DNA from: Gemmatimonadaceae bacterium | GTDB taxonomy: Bacteria > Gemmatimonadota > Gemmatimonadetes > Gemmatimonadales > Gemmatimonadaceae | DNA: 64,000 nucleotides | Assembly: GCA_051859245.1 (NCBI GenBank) | Contig: JBHYGA010000006.1 | Span: 1 to 64,000, forward strand | Direction of reading: 5' to 3' | Shown here: in pieces, positions 8,753 to 19,213 of the stretch | How positions within the stretch are numbered: position 1 is the stretch's first letter | Layout of the letters: every line of letters begins with the position of its first letter | Translations under genes and position numbers: made by a program | Notes under the pieces: model-generated | What the model was told of the DNA's origin: nothing | Database searches by the model: none | What the model saw: the letters and a program-made list of their open reading frames with translations, nothing else

Positions 8753-11422
8753 ATGCGACTCTCCCCGGTTCTCGCCGCGCTCTTCTGTAGCGCCTCTGTT
8801 CTGCACGCGCAGCCACGCACGCTGCTGCCAATTGACTTCACGCAGTCTGCGGAGTTCGGGTGGTTGCAGAAGCCCGTGCTTGCCAGCCGCACACTCGACG
8901 ACATGACAGACTCAAGTCGTTGGCGTTTCAGCGGTACCGGGCGAATGACGTTTCCGATGCAGGCCCGATTGGGATCCATGCGCGTGCTGCGCGTGGACAT
9001 GCAGATGTTTCGCGATACGCCGGCACCGAACCGATCACGTCTGTCGTCCGTGAACCTGCAGCGCCCGATCGACAACGAAGATTGGAGCAGCTACAATCGC
9101 ATCTCGGTGTGGATACGACCCGATTTTGCGGGTGTGCCGGTACTTCCGCTGCAACTGGTGCTGCACAACAACGGCGACGTGAAGGTGCCGGACCGCTACG
9201 GTCGTGAAGGGACGCATTACGTCACATTGGCACGCAACGGATGGCAACAGATTGTCTGGGAGATTGAGCCGCTCGCCCGTGACCGCATCACACGCTTCGA
9301 GATTGGTTACTGGGTGAACAAAATGTTTGCCGGTGCCGATGATCACGTGGCGTTTGAGCTGGGACCCATCGAGTTGCAGCGCGTGGCGCCAGATCAACAC
9401 ACCGGTTGGAGCGTGGCGCCCGGAAAGTTCGCGTTCAGCCACAGCGGCTATCCGATGAGCGCGAGCAAGTCCGCAATTGCCAGCGGCGTTATGGCAAAAG
9501 AGTTTGAGCTGCTGAACGTGACCGACAACGCGTTCGGTGAGGTCGTGCTCCGACGCCCGATCGAGGCGATCACCACAGCGAACGGACCGTTTCAGCGTTT
9601 TGACTTTTCTGACGTTCGCACAGCCGGTTCGTATGTCTTGCGTGCTGGTGGTGTGACCAGCAAGCCGTTTCGCGTTGGTGATGACAACTGGAAATCTTCC
9701 GTCTGGAAAACGCTGAACTTCTACTACGGCAATCGTTGCGGATTCGATGTGCCGGGGGTGCACGGCATTGATCATCTTGACTGGTTCGCCACACTCGGCG
9801 AGCAGCGCATCACGATGAGCGGTGGGTGGCATGATGCGGGCGATCTCAGTCAGGGCCTGATCAATACCGGCGAGGGCACGTACGCACTGTTCGCACTCGC
9901 CGAACAGATACGATTGCGTGGCGATGATCCGGCGCTGGTGGCGCGCCTGCTCGAAGAAGCGAGGTGGGGGCTGGACTGGGTGCTCCGCGTGCGGTTCCCC
10001 GGCGGGTACCGCGTGGCCTTCGGTAGTCACAATACATGGACCAACAACGTGGTTGGTGACGCTGACGACCGAAGTGTTGAAGCCAAGAACAATCCCAATG
10101 CGAACTACATTGCGGCCGCCGCCGCCGCGATCGCTGCGCGCGTGCTGCGGGAGAGCGATCCGGTACTGGCCGAGCGCAGTTTGCGCATCGCACGTGACGA
10201 CTGGGAACACGCGATTGTGGGTGTTGATAACCCGTCCACGTGGCATACACCGGCCTTTGCGGCCACACGCATGGAGTTAGCGGCAATCGGCATTACGGCG
10301 TCGATCGAGCTGTTTCGCGTAACCGGCGAGGCAAAGTACCGTGACAAGGCGGTGGAGCTGGCGCGCATCGTGTCAGCGTCGCAACAAGTGACACGCGTTG
10401 GGTCCGCGCTTCCACTCTCCGGGTTTTTCTACACCGGACCGGATCGTGACACATTGTTTCATCAGTTCCATCGCGCCGTGGACCAGGCGCCTATTGTTGC
10501 GCTGTCGCAGCTGGTGGAGACGTTGCCGGACCACCCAGAGTGGATGACCTGGTACGCCACCATCGCGCGCTACGCCGAGTACCAGAAGCGTACGGCGCAG
10601 CAAACCGCCCCGTATCATGTGTTGCCGGCCTACGTGTATCGTGTGGCCGACAGTGTGCAGGTCACCGACTCGGGTGGTCGCTACCTTGAACGTCAGGACG
10701 AATACGCAGCGCAGGTGCGAGCTGGCACATCGATGGGCGATGGTTGGTATTTACGCACGTTCCCGGTGTGGTTTTCGCGGCGCGGCAACTACGGCGTTTT
10801 GCTGTCGCAGGCCAAGGCGCTGTCCGCTGCTTCACACCTGCGCGGCGATAGCGCTGGCCTTGATCTGGCGCAACAACAGGCGCAGTGGGTCGTCGGACGC
10901 AATCCCTTCACGCAAAGTACGATGTACGGTGAAGGCTACGATTGGGCGCAGCAGTACAGTGTGTCGTCGAGCGACTTCGTGGGATCGCTTCCCGTTGGCA
11001 TGCAGAGCCGAGGGATGAGCGACCTGCCCTACTGGCCGTCGCAGAATATGTACGTGTACAAAGAAGTGTGGGTCCACTCGAGCAATCGGTGGATCTGGCT
11101 GATGCAGGATCTCTTGCCGCGTTCAGTCCGCTCAGACTCCACGGCCACGCAGTTGGAGATGTCCAGCAGCACCGCGCGAGACGGCACCGTGCGAGTGCAG
11201 CTGCGCGCAACGAATCATGGCCCGCATGCGCGCACGCACACATACACGTTGCGTGTCGATAATCTCCGGGTCGGCAAGGGCGCGCAGTCCGTGACCATTG
11301 CGCCTGGCGCTTCTGCAACGCTCGAGTGGTCGGCGCGACGAATTGCACGCGATGCCCCATGGGTTGCGGTGGTGATCGAAGACCACAACATCGAGCGGCG
11401 ACGAGAGATGTACGTGCACTAG
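8753..11422 (+). CDS. Secreted glycoside hydrolase family 9-like protein
   Basis: Signal peptide, Ig-like segment (DFSDVRTAGSYVL), SGGWHDAGD motif, EARWGLDW, GRNP...GEG, C-terminal Glu in YKEVW. Confidence 0.85.
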   Translation: MRLSPVLAALFCSASVLHAQPRTLLPIDFTQSAEFGWLQKPVLASRTLDDMTDSSRWRFSGTGRMTFPMQARLGSMRVLRVDMQMFRDTPAPNRSRLSSVNLQRPIDNEDWSSYNRISVWIRPDFAGVPVLPLQLVLHNNGDVKVPDRYGREGTHYVTLARNGWQQIVWEIEPLARDRITRFEIGYWVNKMFAGADDHVAFELGPIELQRVAPDQHTGWSVAPGKFAFSHSGYPMSASKSAIASGVMAKEFELLNVTDNAFGEVVLRRPIEAITTANGPFQRFDFSDVRTAGSYVLRAGGVTSKPFRVGDDNWKSSVWKTLNFYYGNRCGFDVPGVHGIDHLDWFATLGEQRITMSGGWHDAGDLSQGLINTGEGTYALFALAEQIRLRGDDPALVARLLEEARWGLDWVLRVRFPGGYRVAFGSHNTWTNNVVGDADDRSVEAKNNPNANYIAAAAAAIAARVLRESDPVLAERSLRIARDDWEHAIVGVDNPSTWHTPAFAATRMELAAIGITASIELFRVTGEAKYRDKAVELARIVSASQQVTRVGSALPLSGFFYTGPDRDTLFHQFHRAVDQAPIVALSQLVETLPDHPEWMTWYATIARYAEYQKRTAQQTAPYHVLPAYVYRVADSVQVTDSGGRYLERQDEYAAQVRAGTSMGDGWYLRTFPVWFSRRGNYGVLLSQAKALSAASHLRGDSAGLDLAQQQAQWVVGRNPFTQSTMYGEGYDWAQQYSVSSSDFVGSLPVGMQSRGMSDLPYWPSQNMYVYKEVWVHSSNRWIWLMQDLLPRSVRSDSTATQLEMSSSTARDGTVRVQLRATNHGPHARTHTYTLRVDNLRVGKGAQSVTIAPGASATLEWSARRIARDAPWVAVVIEDHNIERRREMYVH

Positions 11423-11465
11423 CAGGCTCGAAACCGAACGATGCACGCGTTCGTTTTGCTGCCCT

Positions 11466-12632
11466 ATGAAGGCGTTACTCCCGCTCCCACCTGATAACGC
11501 ACCTCCCCCACCGGCCGCGGCCAGTTCCGTGCGCGCGGGGCTTGTTGGTGGGGCGGTCGGCGCGGGCATCGGCCTGGCATTTATCGGCGGCGCCAGCCAA
11601 CTCCCAAGCGGTCTGATAGATAGGGCGCTGACGGAACTGCCCTCGGGATGGTTACTGCTACCGCTTGCACTGTTCGGGCTTTTCACGGTCGTGCTCGTGC
11701 ACGAACTGGGACATCTGCTCGGCGGCCGACTGCAGCAGTTCCGGTTTCAGATGCTGGTGGTTGGTCCGCTGGCGATCGAGCGTGACCTGACCACCGATCG
11801 TGTCGCGATCAAGCGCAACCGTAATCTTGAGTTGGCTGGTGGTGTGGCGGCCTGTTTTCCGGTGGGCGAGCACGACCTGGTTCGCCGCATGCGGTGGATG
11901 GTGATGGGTGGACCGATGGCCAGCGTTGCGTTCTTCCTGTTTGCGATGGCGATTGCGGCACTCGTGCCATCGGCACCCTGGAGGTCCGTGCTCTTGCTGT
12001 TGGGTGTGATCTCGCTCCTGCTTGGTGTGGCGACGCTGATTCCGATGCGTAACGGAAGTTTTGTTACCGATGGAAAGCGCTATCTGCAACTACGGCGTGG
12101 CGGTGCAGAAGCGCGGCGGGACGCGGCGCAGCTCACGTTGATGGTGCAAGACCGCGCGGGACTTCCGGTTCACGCGCAATCGCCCGCATTGCTCGCGCAG
12201 GTCTTGGAGCCCGTCGATGCGTCCATGCAGGAACTGTTCGGCCGATTGCAGGCGTATCTGTGGCTGGTCACGCAAGAGCGCGTGCCCGAAGCGCTCCTGC
12301 AGTTGACTCGCGCCGTGGAACTCAGTCGGGGACGTCCGTTTCATCTCGACGTGAGTCTCGTGTACGAGCACGCCTTTGCGGTGGCGTTTTTTGAGAACAA
12401 CGCCGTGCTGGCGCGCGAGATGCTCTCACCGTTCACGTCGCGTGAACCGTTCGTGCCTGAGTCCGAGCGACTACGCACCTGGGCCGCGATTGCGCTTGCT
12501 GAACACAATGGCTCGCTCGCCGCGACCCACGTTGAGAAGTCACGCGCACTGATCGAATCATCGGCCGCGCGCGCGTCTGGCGCGTCGCAATGGTCACTTG
12601 CGCGACTGCGAGAGATGCAGCAACGTCTCTGA
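11466..12632 (+). CDS. M50 family (site-2) membrane metalloprotease
   Basis: HELGH in a TM helix, GGP motif, LIP.....TDG third ligand, helical C-terminus. Confidence 0.8.
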   Translation: MKALLPLPPDNAPPPPAAASSVRAGLVGGAVGAGIGLAFIGGASQLPSGLIDRALTELPSGWLLLPLALFGLFTVVLVHELGHLLGGRLQQFRFQMLVVGPLAIERDLTTDRVAIKRNRNLELAGGVAACFPVGEHDLVRRMRWMVMGGPMASVAFFLFAMAIAALVPSAPWRSVLLLLGVISLLLGVATLIPMRNGSFVTDGKRYLQLRRGGAEARRDAAQLTLMVQDRAGLPVHAQSPALLAQVLEPVDASMQELFGRLQAYLWLVTQERVPEALLQLTRAVELSRGRPFHLDVSLVYEHAFAVAFFENNAVLAREMLSPFTSREPFVPESERLRTWAAIALAEHNGSLAATHVEKSRALIESSAARASGASQWSLARLREMQQRL

Positions 12633-12657
12633 CGACACCGATTTCGCGGAGCGAGTG

Positions 12658-13848
12658 ATGACAAATAGCCTGCTATGGGTCGCGGGAGTCTGCGCGTTGC
12701 TGACGGCTGACATCAATGCAGAAGCGCAGCCAACACGCGCCCTGCCTGCTCCCTCGGTTGAATACGGCGAGCCGTTCACGGCCATCACCGATGTGCGGGA
12801 GCTTCGCGACGGGCGTGTGATCGTGGCCGATTCGCGCGAGAACACCTTGCAGCTGATCGATCTGACGCGAGGCGTCGCACGACCGATTGGACGGCAGGGT
12901 GCCGGCCCCGCTGAGTGGTCCATGCCGTCGCAACTGTTCGCACTTCCAGGCGATACGACGTGGATGATCGACCCGAGCAATGACCGCTACTTCGTAGTGC
13001 ATCCTGATGGCAAGCCGGGCCGAACGATTCCCTTTGATGCGTTCCCAGAGGTGGTCACCGACGGTTTGAGCGGCGTGGACAACAATGGCCGCATGCTGAC
13101 GATCAACGAGCGAAGGACGGCGAGTTTTCAGGATGGCACGTCGGGCGTGGTCGATGTGATGCGATATGATCGCAGAACGAAGCGTGTGGACACCGTGGCC
13201 AGATTGGCGTGGCCAACGGGTGAGATGTCGGCCGCGCGCATGCTTCCAAATGGCATGCTGCAAATGTCGACCAATCTCCCATTCGCAGCACACGACATTG
13301 CCCTACTGGCACCCGATGGACGCATAGCGATCGTTCGGGCATCCCCGTATCGCGTTGAGTGGATTGCGCTGAATGGCGCAGTCACGCGAGGGCCCGTCGC
13401 GTCTTCACCCGCAATCTGGATTACTGACGCCGAACGTCAGGCGTTTGTTCGATCGCGGATTCGGCCCGGCCGTATCATCTCAAGTGCGCCCGTGTCGCCG
13501 CCCGCACCGACGCCAGGCGTACCCAATGCGCGAGTCCCAATGCTCACGAGCGGAGAGCTGGACGCACTCATGAACCCGGACATGAAGTGGCCGGCGCAGA
13601 AGCCGCCTTTCCTGTATGCCGACGGCGCGCGCATGGCACCCGATGGAAGAGTGTGGGTGCACCGGACACGCGCCCACAACGATTCCGTTCCGGTCTATGA
13701 CGTTTTCGACGCCACCGGGCGCGTGGTTGAACGGCGCTCACTGCCCAAGGGAACGCGACTCGTTGCCTTCGGAGCCAAGTCGATGTATCTGGCGCGAAAA
13801 GACGCGGATGATCTGTTCTGGCTGCAGCGCGTTCCGATTTCGCCGTAG
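12658..13848 (+). CDS. Secreted 6-bladed beta-propeller-like protein
   Basis: Signal peptide; DGRVIVAD, IGRQGAGPAEW, PDGRVWV, YDVFD..G blade motifs. Confidence 0.75.
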   Translation: MTNSLLWVAGVCALLTADINAEAQPTRALPAPSVEYGEPFTAITDVRELRDGRVIVADSRENTLQLIDLTRGVARPIGRQGAGPAEWSMPSQLFALPGDTTWMIDPSNDRYFVVHPDGKPGRTIPFDAFPEVVTDGLSGVDNNGRMLTINERRTASFQDGTSGVVDVMRYDRRTKRVDTVARLAWPTGEMSAARMLPNGMLQMSTNLPFAAHDIALLAPDGRIAIVRASPYRVEWIALNGAVTRGPVASSPAIWITDAERQAFVRSRIRPGRIISSAPVSPPAPTPGVPNARVPMLTSGELDALMNPDMKWPAQKPPFLYADGARMAPDGRVWVHRTRAHNDSVPVYDVFDATGRVVERRSLPKGTRLVAFGAKSMYLARKDADDLFWLQRVPISP

Positions 13849-13894
13849 GCGCCGCTGCAGCCATGCGCTGACCGAGCAATCTTCGCCTACCGAT

Positions 13895-13924
13895 TTGTAA
13901 AGATTGTGTAACAACGAGTAGAAT
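13895..13924 (+). promoter_or_regulatory. Pho-box-like direct repeat plus -10 element
   Basis: TGTAA at 13896 and 13907 (11-bp period) then TAGAAT at 13919, upstream of a phosphate-porin-like gene. Confidence 0.6.
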
Positions 13925-13969
13925 GAAGGCTTCGCCGCGTGCACCGCAGGACTGCCTTTGTCGCCAATT

Positions 13970-15169
13970 ATGCGCATTCTACTGAAATCGAGCTTGCTCG
14001 CCTCGCTGTTGATCTGCCCGCTCGCTGCTGAGTCGCAAACTACCGCGGCGCCGGCGTCGCGACCATGGTACGAGAAGATACGCGTCCGTGGGTACGGTCA
14101 GGTGCGCTACAACCGTTTGCTCGAGACCAACCCCGACCTGAAGTGCGAGCAGTGTGACCGCAGTTGGGGCGATGGCGGCGGATTCTTCATTCGTCGGGCG
14201 CGCATCATCTTCCAGGGGCAGGTGCATCCGAACGTCTTTATCTACCTGCAACCAGACTTTGCGAGTTCGGCCGGTACCACCGGGAACGTCGCCCAGATGC
14301 GCGACTGGTACGTAGACGTTGGCTTTGACAAGGACAACGAGTTCCGCGTTCGTCTTGGGCAGAGCAAAGTGCCGTACAGCTTTGAGAATCTGCAGAGCAG
14401 TCAGAATCGGCTGCCCCTTGATCGCGCCGATCCGACCAACAGTGCCGCCGCGAATGAGCGAGATCTCGGTGCGTTTTTCATGTGGGCGCCCAAGGCCGCG
14501 CGGGCGCAGTTTGCCGCACTCGTGAATGATGGACTGAAGGGCAGCGGCGACTACGGCGTATTCGCGATTGGCGTGTTCAACGGGCAAACGGCTAATCGGC
14601 CGGAAGCGAACGATGCACCGCACGTAGTGGCCCGTGTGTCGTATCCGATGGCGATTGGCGAGCAGATCATTGAAGCGGGCGTGGCCGCGTACGCCGGCGA
14701 CTATGTGGTGACGGCAGATCAGCGCAGCGCCGGCATCAAGGGCACGTCCGACTGGAACTACCGGGACGAACGCGTGCTCACATCATTTGTGCTCTACCCA
14801 CGCCCGTTTGGCATCCTCGCGGAATACAATGTGGGGCGCGGTCCGGAGTTCAATCCCGCAACGGACAGCATTGAGACGCGATCGCTGCGCGGCGGTTTCG
14901 TGACGGCGAGCTATCAGCTGCAGATCGATGATCACGTGCTCTTTCCGTTTGCGCGGTATCAGGTCTACGATGGTGGCAAGAAACATGAGCGCGACGCACG
15001 AAGCTATTCGGTGCGCGACTTCGAACTCGGTGTGGAGTGGCAGCCCAATCCGTCATTCGAGTTGGTGGGTGCGTATTATGCAGGGGACCGGCGTTTTGAA
15101 GACCTGCAACTGCCCGTCAACAAACAACAAGGTCAGCTGCTGCGGCTGCAGGCGCAGTTCAACTTTTAG
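13970..15169 (+). CDS. Phosphate-selective porin OprO/OprP family
   Basis: Signal peptide, FFIRRAR, GQSKVPYSFENLQSS, ERDLG, GVFNGQ, C-terminal Phe (QFNF). Confidence 0.85.
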   Translation: MRILLKSSLLASLLICPLAAESQTTAAPASRPWYEKIRVRGYGQVRYNRLLETNPDLKCEQCDRSWGDGGGFFIRRARIIFQGQVHPNVFIYLQPDFASSAGTTGNVAQMRDWYVDVGFDKDNEFRVRLGQSKVPYSFENLQSSQNRLPLDRADPTNSAAANERDLGAFFMWAPKAARAQFAALVNDGLKGSGDYGVFAIGVFNGQTANRPEANDAPHVVARVSYPMAIGEQIIEAGVAAYAGDYVVTADQRSAGIKGTSDWNYRDERVLTSFVLYPRPFGILAEYNVGRGPEFNPATDSIETRSLRGGFVTASYQLQIDDHVLFPFARYQVYDGGKKHERDARSYSVRDFELGVEWQPNPSFELVGAYYAGDRRFEDLQLPVNKQQGQLLRLQAQFNF

Positions 15170-15186
15170 CTTTCGCGCTTCGCGTC

Positions 15187-16041
15187 ATGTCAATCAACGC
15201 CGCAGTGCTCGCGCAGTATTTGCTGCCCAAGCAACTGCTTACCACGGTGGCCGGAAAGTTTGCGAGCGCGGACGCGGGCGCACTGACCACCACGGTTATT
15301 CGCTGGTTCGTGGGTCAGTATGGCGTGAACATGCACGAAGCGGCCGAGCCCGACATTACGCGGTATACCTCGTTCAACGCGTTCTTCACCCGTGCGTTGC
15401 AAGAGGGGGCGCGACCACTCGCGTCGGCTGATCTCATTTGCCCCGTCGACGGTGCCATCAGTCAGTTCGGTGCCATCGACGGCGAGCAAATTTATCAGGC
15501 CAAGGGGCATTCGTACTCAACGCGCGCATTGGTTGGTGGTGACGCGGCGTTGGCGCGGCAGTTTGACAGCGGAAGCTTCGCCACGATCTATCTGAGTCCA
15601 AAGGACTACCACCGAATTCACATGCCGTGCGCAGGCGAGCTGACGCGCATGATTCATGTGCCCGGTGATTTGTTTTCAGTGAATCCGGTCACGGCACGCG
15701 GTGTGCCCGCACTGTTCGCGCGCAACGAACGCGTGGTGTGTGTGTTCAACGGTGCGCGTGGTCCGTTTGTCATGGTGCTCGTGGGCGCCACGATCGTTGG
15801 CAGCATGGCCACCACATGGCACGGTGTGGTCAATCCTCCACGGCCGGGAAACATTCGCACCTGGGACTATGCACGCGGTGATGTCAGTCTCAAGCAGGGG
15901 GATGAGATGGGACGTTTCCTGCTCGGCTCCACTGTGGTGCTTCTGTTTCCTTCGCCGGCCGTGACGTTTCGTGCTGAGTGGAAGCCGGAACTCGCGGTGC
16001 GCATGGGTGACGCGATGGCGTCATTCGCGGCGCGTCCGTAG
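15187..16041 (+). CDS. psd: Phosphatidylserine decarboxylase proenzyme
   Basis: FNAFFTRAL, CPVDG, YLSPKDYHRIHMP, FARNER, autocleavage motif LGST. Confidence 0.95.
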   Translation: MSINAAVLAQYLLPKQLLTTVAGKFASADAGALTTTVIRWFVGQYGVNMHEAAEPDITRYTSFNAFFTRALQEGARPLASADLICPVDGAISQFGAIDGEQIYQAKGHSYSTRALVGGDAALARQFDSGSFATIYLSPKDYHRIHMPCAGELTRMIHVPGDLFSVNPVTARGVPALFARNERVVCVFNGARGPFVMVLVGATIVGSMATTWHGVVNPPRPGNIRTWDYARGDVSLKQGDEMGRFLLGSTVVLLFPSPAVTFRAEWKPELAVRMGDAMASFAARP

Positions 16042-16047
16042 AAGCCG

Positions 16048-17355
16048 TCAGGGAACGACCACCAACGAGTTCGTGCCGCCGAGTCCGTCGTTCACGCGGG
16101 CAAGTCCCGAAATCGCGCGCCATGCACTTCCGTTTACGCGCACGGCAACACGATGCGCGCCGCTGGCAAGTGAGAGGCGCAGCGTGAAGCGCGAGCCGTT
16201 ATGCGCAAGCGGAATGGCCTGCCAGTCATTAAACGAGCCTGCGACTTCCACAACGGCGTCTGGCGCCGCATCAATCTGCAAGACGAGCTGACTACCACTG
16301 CTGTCGGTTTCGAGACTCGCTTCGCGCAGCGGGGCATCCGTCGAGCTCAACGCGGTGCGCACACGATCACGTACGGGTCCCGCAAATCCTGAACGCGCGG
16401 GCGCGCGCTGCCATCGCAGCGACAGCGTGCGAATCTGTGCTGCTGGCAAACCTCGCAGCACGTCAGCCAGTTGTGAACCAATCGTTCCCGACACCGACCA
16501 ATGCGAGAACACTTGCCACGTTGCGCCCGCGGTGGTTGCTCGGCTCGCACCACTGGTGGACCCAAGACCGCGTCGCCACGACTGCAGCACAAAGGCATTC
16601 ACGCGAGCACGCTGCGCTCGCACTTCGAGATTCACGTCTTCAACGTGATACGCACGCGCTGGTGCAGTGAGGAAGTAGCCAGCCGCTTCCATTAACTGCC
16701 AGTCGGTCGTGAGCGCGCGCTGCGCGCTTACGCCTGCGGTGACTCCGGTTGTCACACCGGCTGTTTCCAGGTTACGAGTGCCCCACAGACCCGCTTCAAC
16801 GTTTGACGCGCGTGCACTTTCTACCTCGCGACTGACTGACGCACGTCCACCACCAACGAAGAGTCCGACGTTCTCGCGGCGAAGGTGCTGTCGACCAATC
16901 AGCGTGGATTGCGATCCACGTGCACTTTCGAGTTCACCAAAGCGCGTGCGTGAGCCAATCACCTCGATGGGCGCAAACGCGAAGCCCGGCACGCGCAGCT
17001 CGGCGCGTGCACCGAACTGCGATGCGGACGCGTTGCCTTCGTCTTGTGTGGGCGCGTTCACGAGCACCGCGTACAGTTCGGTCGTGATCTGCGGCCACGA
17101 CGCGCTGGCCAACACCGATGCCATCGTGGCCGATGCATCGATTCCCGTGGACTGGCGCGCGTTGAGTCGGGCGATCTCCACCAGGAGATCGTGGTGCAGC
17201 AGTTGGGCCGACGCGTCAGACGTCACGCTGCAAAGCAGCGTGACGCAGGCGATGATCAGGCGGCGCTTACCGCGGCCGATACGTGAGCACGCCAGTCGGC
17301 GGCGTGAGCGCGGAGGAGGGACCTCGTGCGAGCAGTGACATGGTACCTCTGGCAC
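16048..17355 (-). CDS. Exported probable beta-barrel protein with C-terminal glycogen-binding (CBM48/AMPK-beta-like) domain (start uncertain, ~17260-17355)
   Basis: Signal-like RR-LIIACVTLLC..ASA-Q, alternating beta-strand pattern, C-terminal VEVAGSFNDW...L.SG.H...RVNG..W...DGLGGTNSLVVV. Confidence 0.75.
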   Translation of the reverse strand: MPEVPCHCSHEVPPPRSRRRLACSRIGRGKRRLIIACVTLLCSVTSDASAQLLHHDLLVEIARLNARQSTGIDASATMASVLASASWPQITTELYAVLVNAPTQDEGNASASQFGARAELRVPGFAFAPIEVIGSRTRFGELESARGSQSTLIGRQHLRRENVGLFVGGGRASVSREVESARASNVEAGLWGTRNLETAGVTTGVTAGVSAQRALTTDWQLMEAAGYFLTAPARAYHVEDVNLEVRAQRARVNAFVLQSWRRGLGSTSGASRATTAGATWQVFSHWSVSGTIGSQLADVLRGLPAAQIRTLSLRWQRAPARSGFAGPVRDRVRTALSSTDAPLREASLETDSSGSQLVLQIDAAPDAVVEVAGSFNDWQAIPLAHNGSRFTLRLSLASGAHRVAVRVNGSAWRAISGLARVNDGLGGTNSLVVVP

Positions 17356-17953
17356 GCGTGTCAAACGCCGTGCCTGGCGACCGACCGCTCGCGATATCGC
17401 GCTGTACGTTGACTCCCAGTTCCACCAACTGCGCATTCGTTGCACCGCGTTCCATGAGTTCGCGCACGCGTATTGACGCGCGTGATGCCGGCACGCCAAA
17501 CGCGACCAGCTCCGTCACAACGCCGAGGGGCACCACCAGCGACTGCACGGGCCACGCACGGCGAAGCTGCTTGAGCGACGCGACCGACGCGCCGGACTGC
17601 AGCGCGTCGGCGCCGGCTGAAATCTCACGAGGGGAGCGCGATGGCGCGAGTGCTTCCTGCGCCTGCGCAAGCCGAGCGGAGAGCTGCTGTACGGCCGCGG
17701 TGATGCGATCGGGCGACGACTGCTTGGCGAGTCCTTCCCGGATTTTCTCGCGCAACGGTTCAACCGGAACACCCCGGTCCTCTGCTTCTTGCATTGCCGC
17801 GAGCCATATGGCGCGCGAGCGCGGGTCGGCCACGTTGTCGAGCTCTGACGAAACGGCGCGCGACTGCGCATCGAGCGTGAGCGGCGAAGCCAGCGCCAGC
17901 AACAGGGCACTGACCAACAGAGGATGCGGGCGCGCGATGAGCGGACGGTTCAT
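17267..17953 (-). CDS. Exported alpha-helical hypothetical protein
   Basis: 228 aa, signal peptide (LDA-Q), repeated helix-GVP/GA motifs; ATGA overlap with upstream gene. Confidence 0.75.
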   Translation of the reverse strand: MNRPLIARPHPLLVSALLLALASPLTLDAQSRAVSSELDNVADPRSRAIWLAAMQEAEDRGVPVEPLREKIREGLAKQSSPDRITAAVQQLSARLAQAQEALAPSRSPREISAGADALQSGASVASLKQLRRAWPVQSLVVPLGVVTELVAFGVPASRASIRVRELMERGATNAQLVELGVNVQRDIASGRSPGTAFDTRARGTMSLLARGPSSALTPPTGVLTYRPR

Positions 17954-18663
17954 TTTCTACCCACCAGAATCACGGAGCCGGGTTTGCCAAAATCAGAATC
18001 GGGCGCGGGCGGCGCGGCGGGATCCGCCACCCATCGCGTGCCGTCAATCACGAACGAATAGGTGTGTCGGCCTGGCGTGACCGGCAGACTCACAATCCAC
18101 ACGTTGCCCGTACTCGCACGCTGCATGGGCGTGCTATCAAGAGCCCACCCATTAAACGTACCCACGAGCGAGACCCGTTCCGCCTGGCCCTCGTAGACAA
18201 AGCTCACTGGTACCGGCGCGCTTTCGTCGCCCGGGTCGGTCATGGCCTGCAAGACCGGCTGCTGTAAACCCAGGCCGAGCGGAGACACGGTATCGAGCGC
18301 ATCGTTGCTGGCGATCTCTGATCCGCTCAACGGCGCCGCGCTGAACATGGTGGCGTCTTCGGAGCGCTGCACCATGAGCTGCGGGGTGTCAGCAACGCCA
18401 CCATACATGCCATCACGCGCGAGAAAGCCAACGGTCAACGCGAGCACGGCCAGCGCGCCCGCGCCGCCGAGCGAGAGCGTGGGCGTGCGCAACCAATGGC
18501 GAAGCTGGTCGAGCCACGTGCTGCGCACAATCGCGGGCTGCGGTGTTGTTTCGTGTGCGACCGCGGCGAGGATGCGCGCTACCGAACGGGGATTTGTATC
18601 CGGGAGCGGCGTGAGCGTACTCCGAACCCGTTCAATCATCTCGTCGCGTTCATCACCGATCAT
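17950..18663 (-). CDS. Putative anti-sigma factor: single TM plus C-terminal CBM48/isoamylase-early-set domain
   Basis: GAGGTG SD, overlaps sigma 3' end; one TM (LSLGGAGALAVLALTVGFLA); VSLVGTFNGW...W...LPVTPGRHTYSFVIDG.RWVADP. Confidence 0.8.
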   Translation of the reverse strand: MIGDERDEMIERVRSTLTPLPDTNPRSVARILAAVAHETTPQPAIVRSTWLDQLRHWLRTPTLSLGGAGALAVLALTVGFLARDGMYGGVADTPQLMVQRSEDATMFSAAPLSGSEIASNDALDTVSPLGLGLQQPVLQAMTDPGDESAPVPVSFVYEGQAERVSLVGTFNGWALDSTPMQRASTGNVWIVSLPVTPGRHTYSFVIDGTRWVADPAAPPAPDSDFGKPGSVILVGRK

Positions 18664-19207
18664 GGTACACCTCGGCGAGTTGCAGGCGCAGCGCGTCGCA
18701 GGCACGCTTGACGCGCATGCGCAGTGCAGAAAGGCTGGCCCCGGTAATATCAATCATGTCGTCGTAACTCAGGTCTTCAATGTGTCGTAGCAAAAAGGCT
18801 TCGCGTTGTTCGGCCGGCAAGGTGTTGAGCACTCGAAACACGGCCATGCGAAACTCGTCAGGTAACGGCGTGCGGTAGTCGGCAGCGGCATCGTGCGGTA
18901 CATCGCCGTATTCCACAATCGCGTGATGTCGTTGGCGCTTTTCGATCATGGTCCGGCATCGGTTCGCCAGAATGCGAAAGAACCACGGGTCGAACGGCGC
19001 ACCAAGCTGAAACCCACCGATGTACCGATGGACGCGTACAAACGTGTCTTGCACCGCTTCTTCTGCATCTTCCGTATGGTTCAGCATTTGCGCGGCGAAA
19101 CGAAGCGCTCGCGGGTACAGCGCGTCGACCAACTGCGCAAAGGCCGTGCGGTCGCCGCGCTGGGCGCGTTCAACGATGGCAGAAAAATCTGGTGATAAAG
19201 ACGACAC
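18653..19207 (-). CDS. ECF RNA polymerase sigma factor
   Basis: 184 aa; AQRGDRTAF, DAEEAVQDTF, WFFRILAN (region 2); LPAEQREAFLLRH..LSY (region 4). Confidence 0.95.
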   Translation of the reverse strand: MSSLSPDFSAIVERAQRGDRTAFAQLVDALYPRALRFAAQMLNHTEDAEEAVQDTFVRVHRYIGGFQLGAPFDPWFFRILANRCRTMIEKRQRHHAIVEYGDVPHDAAADYRTPLPDEFRMAVFRVLNTLPAEQREAFLLRHIEDLSYDDMIDITGASLSALRMRVKRACDALRLQLAEVYHDR

Positions 19208-19213
19208 GCAGGT

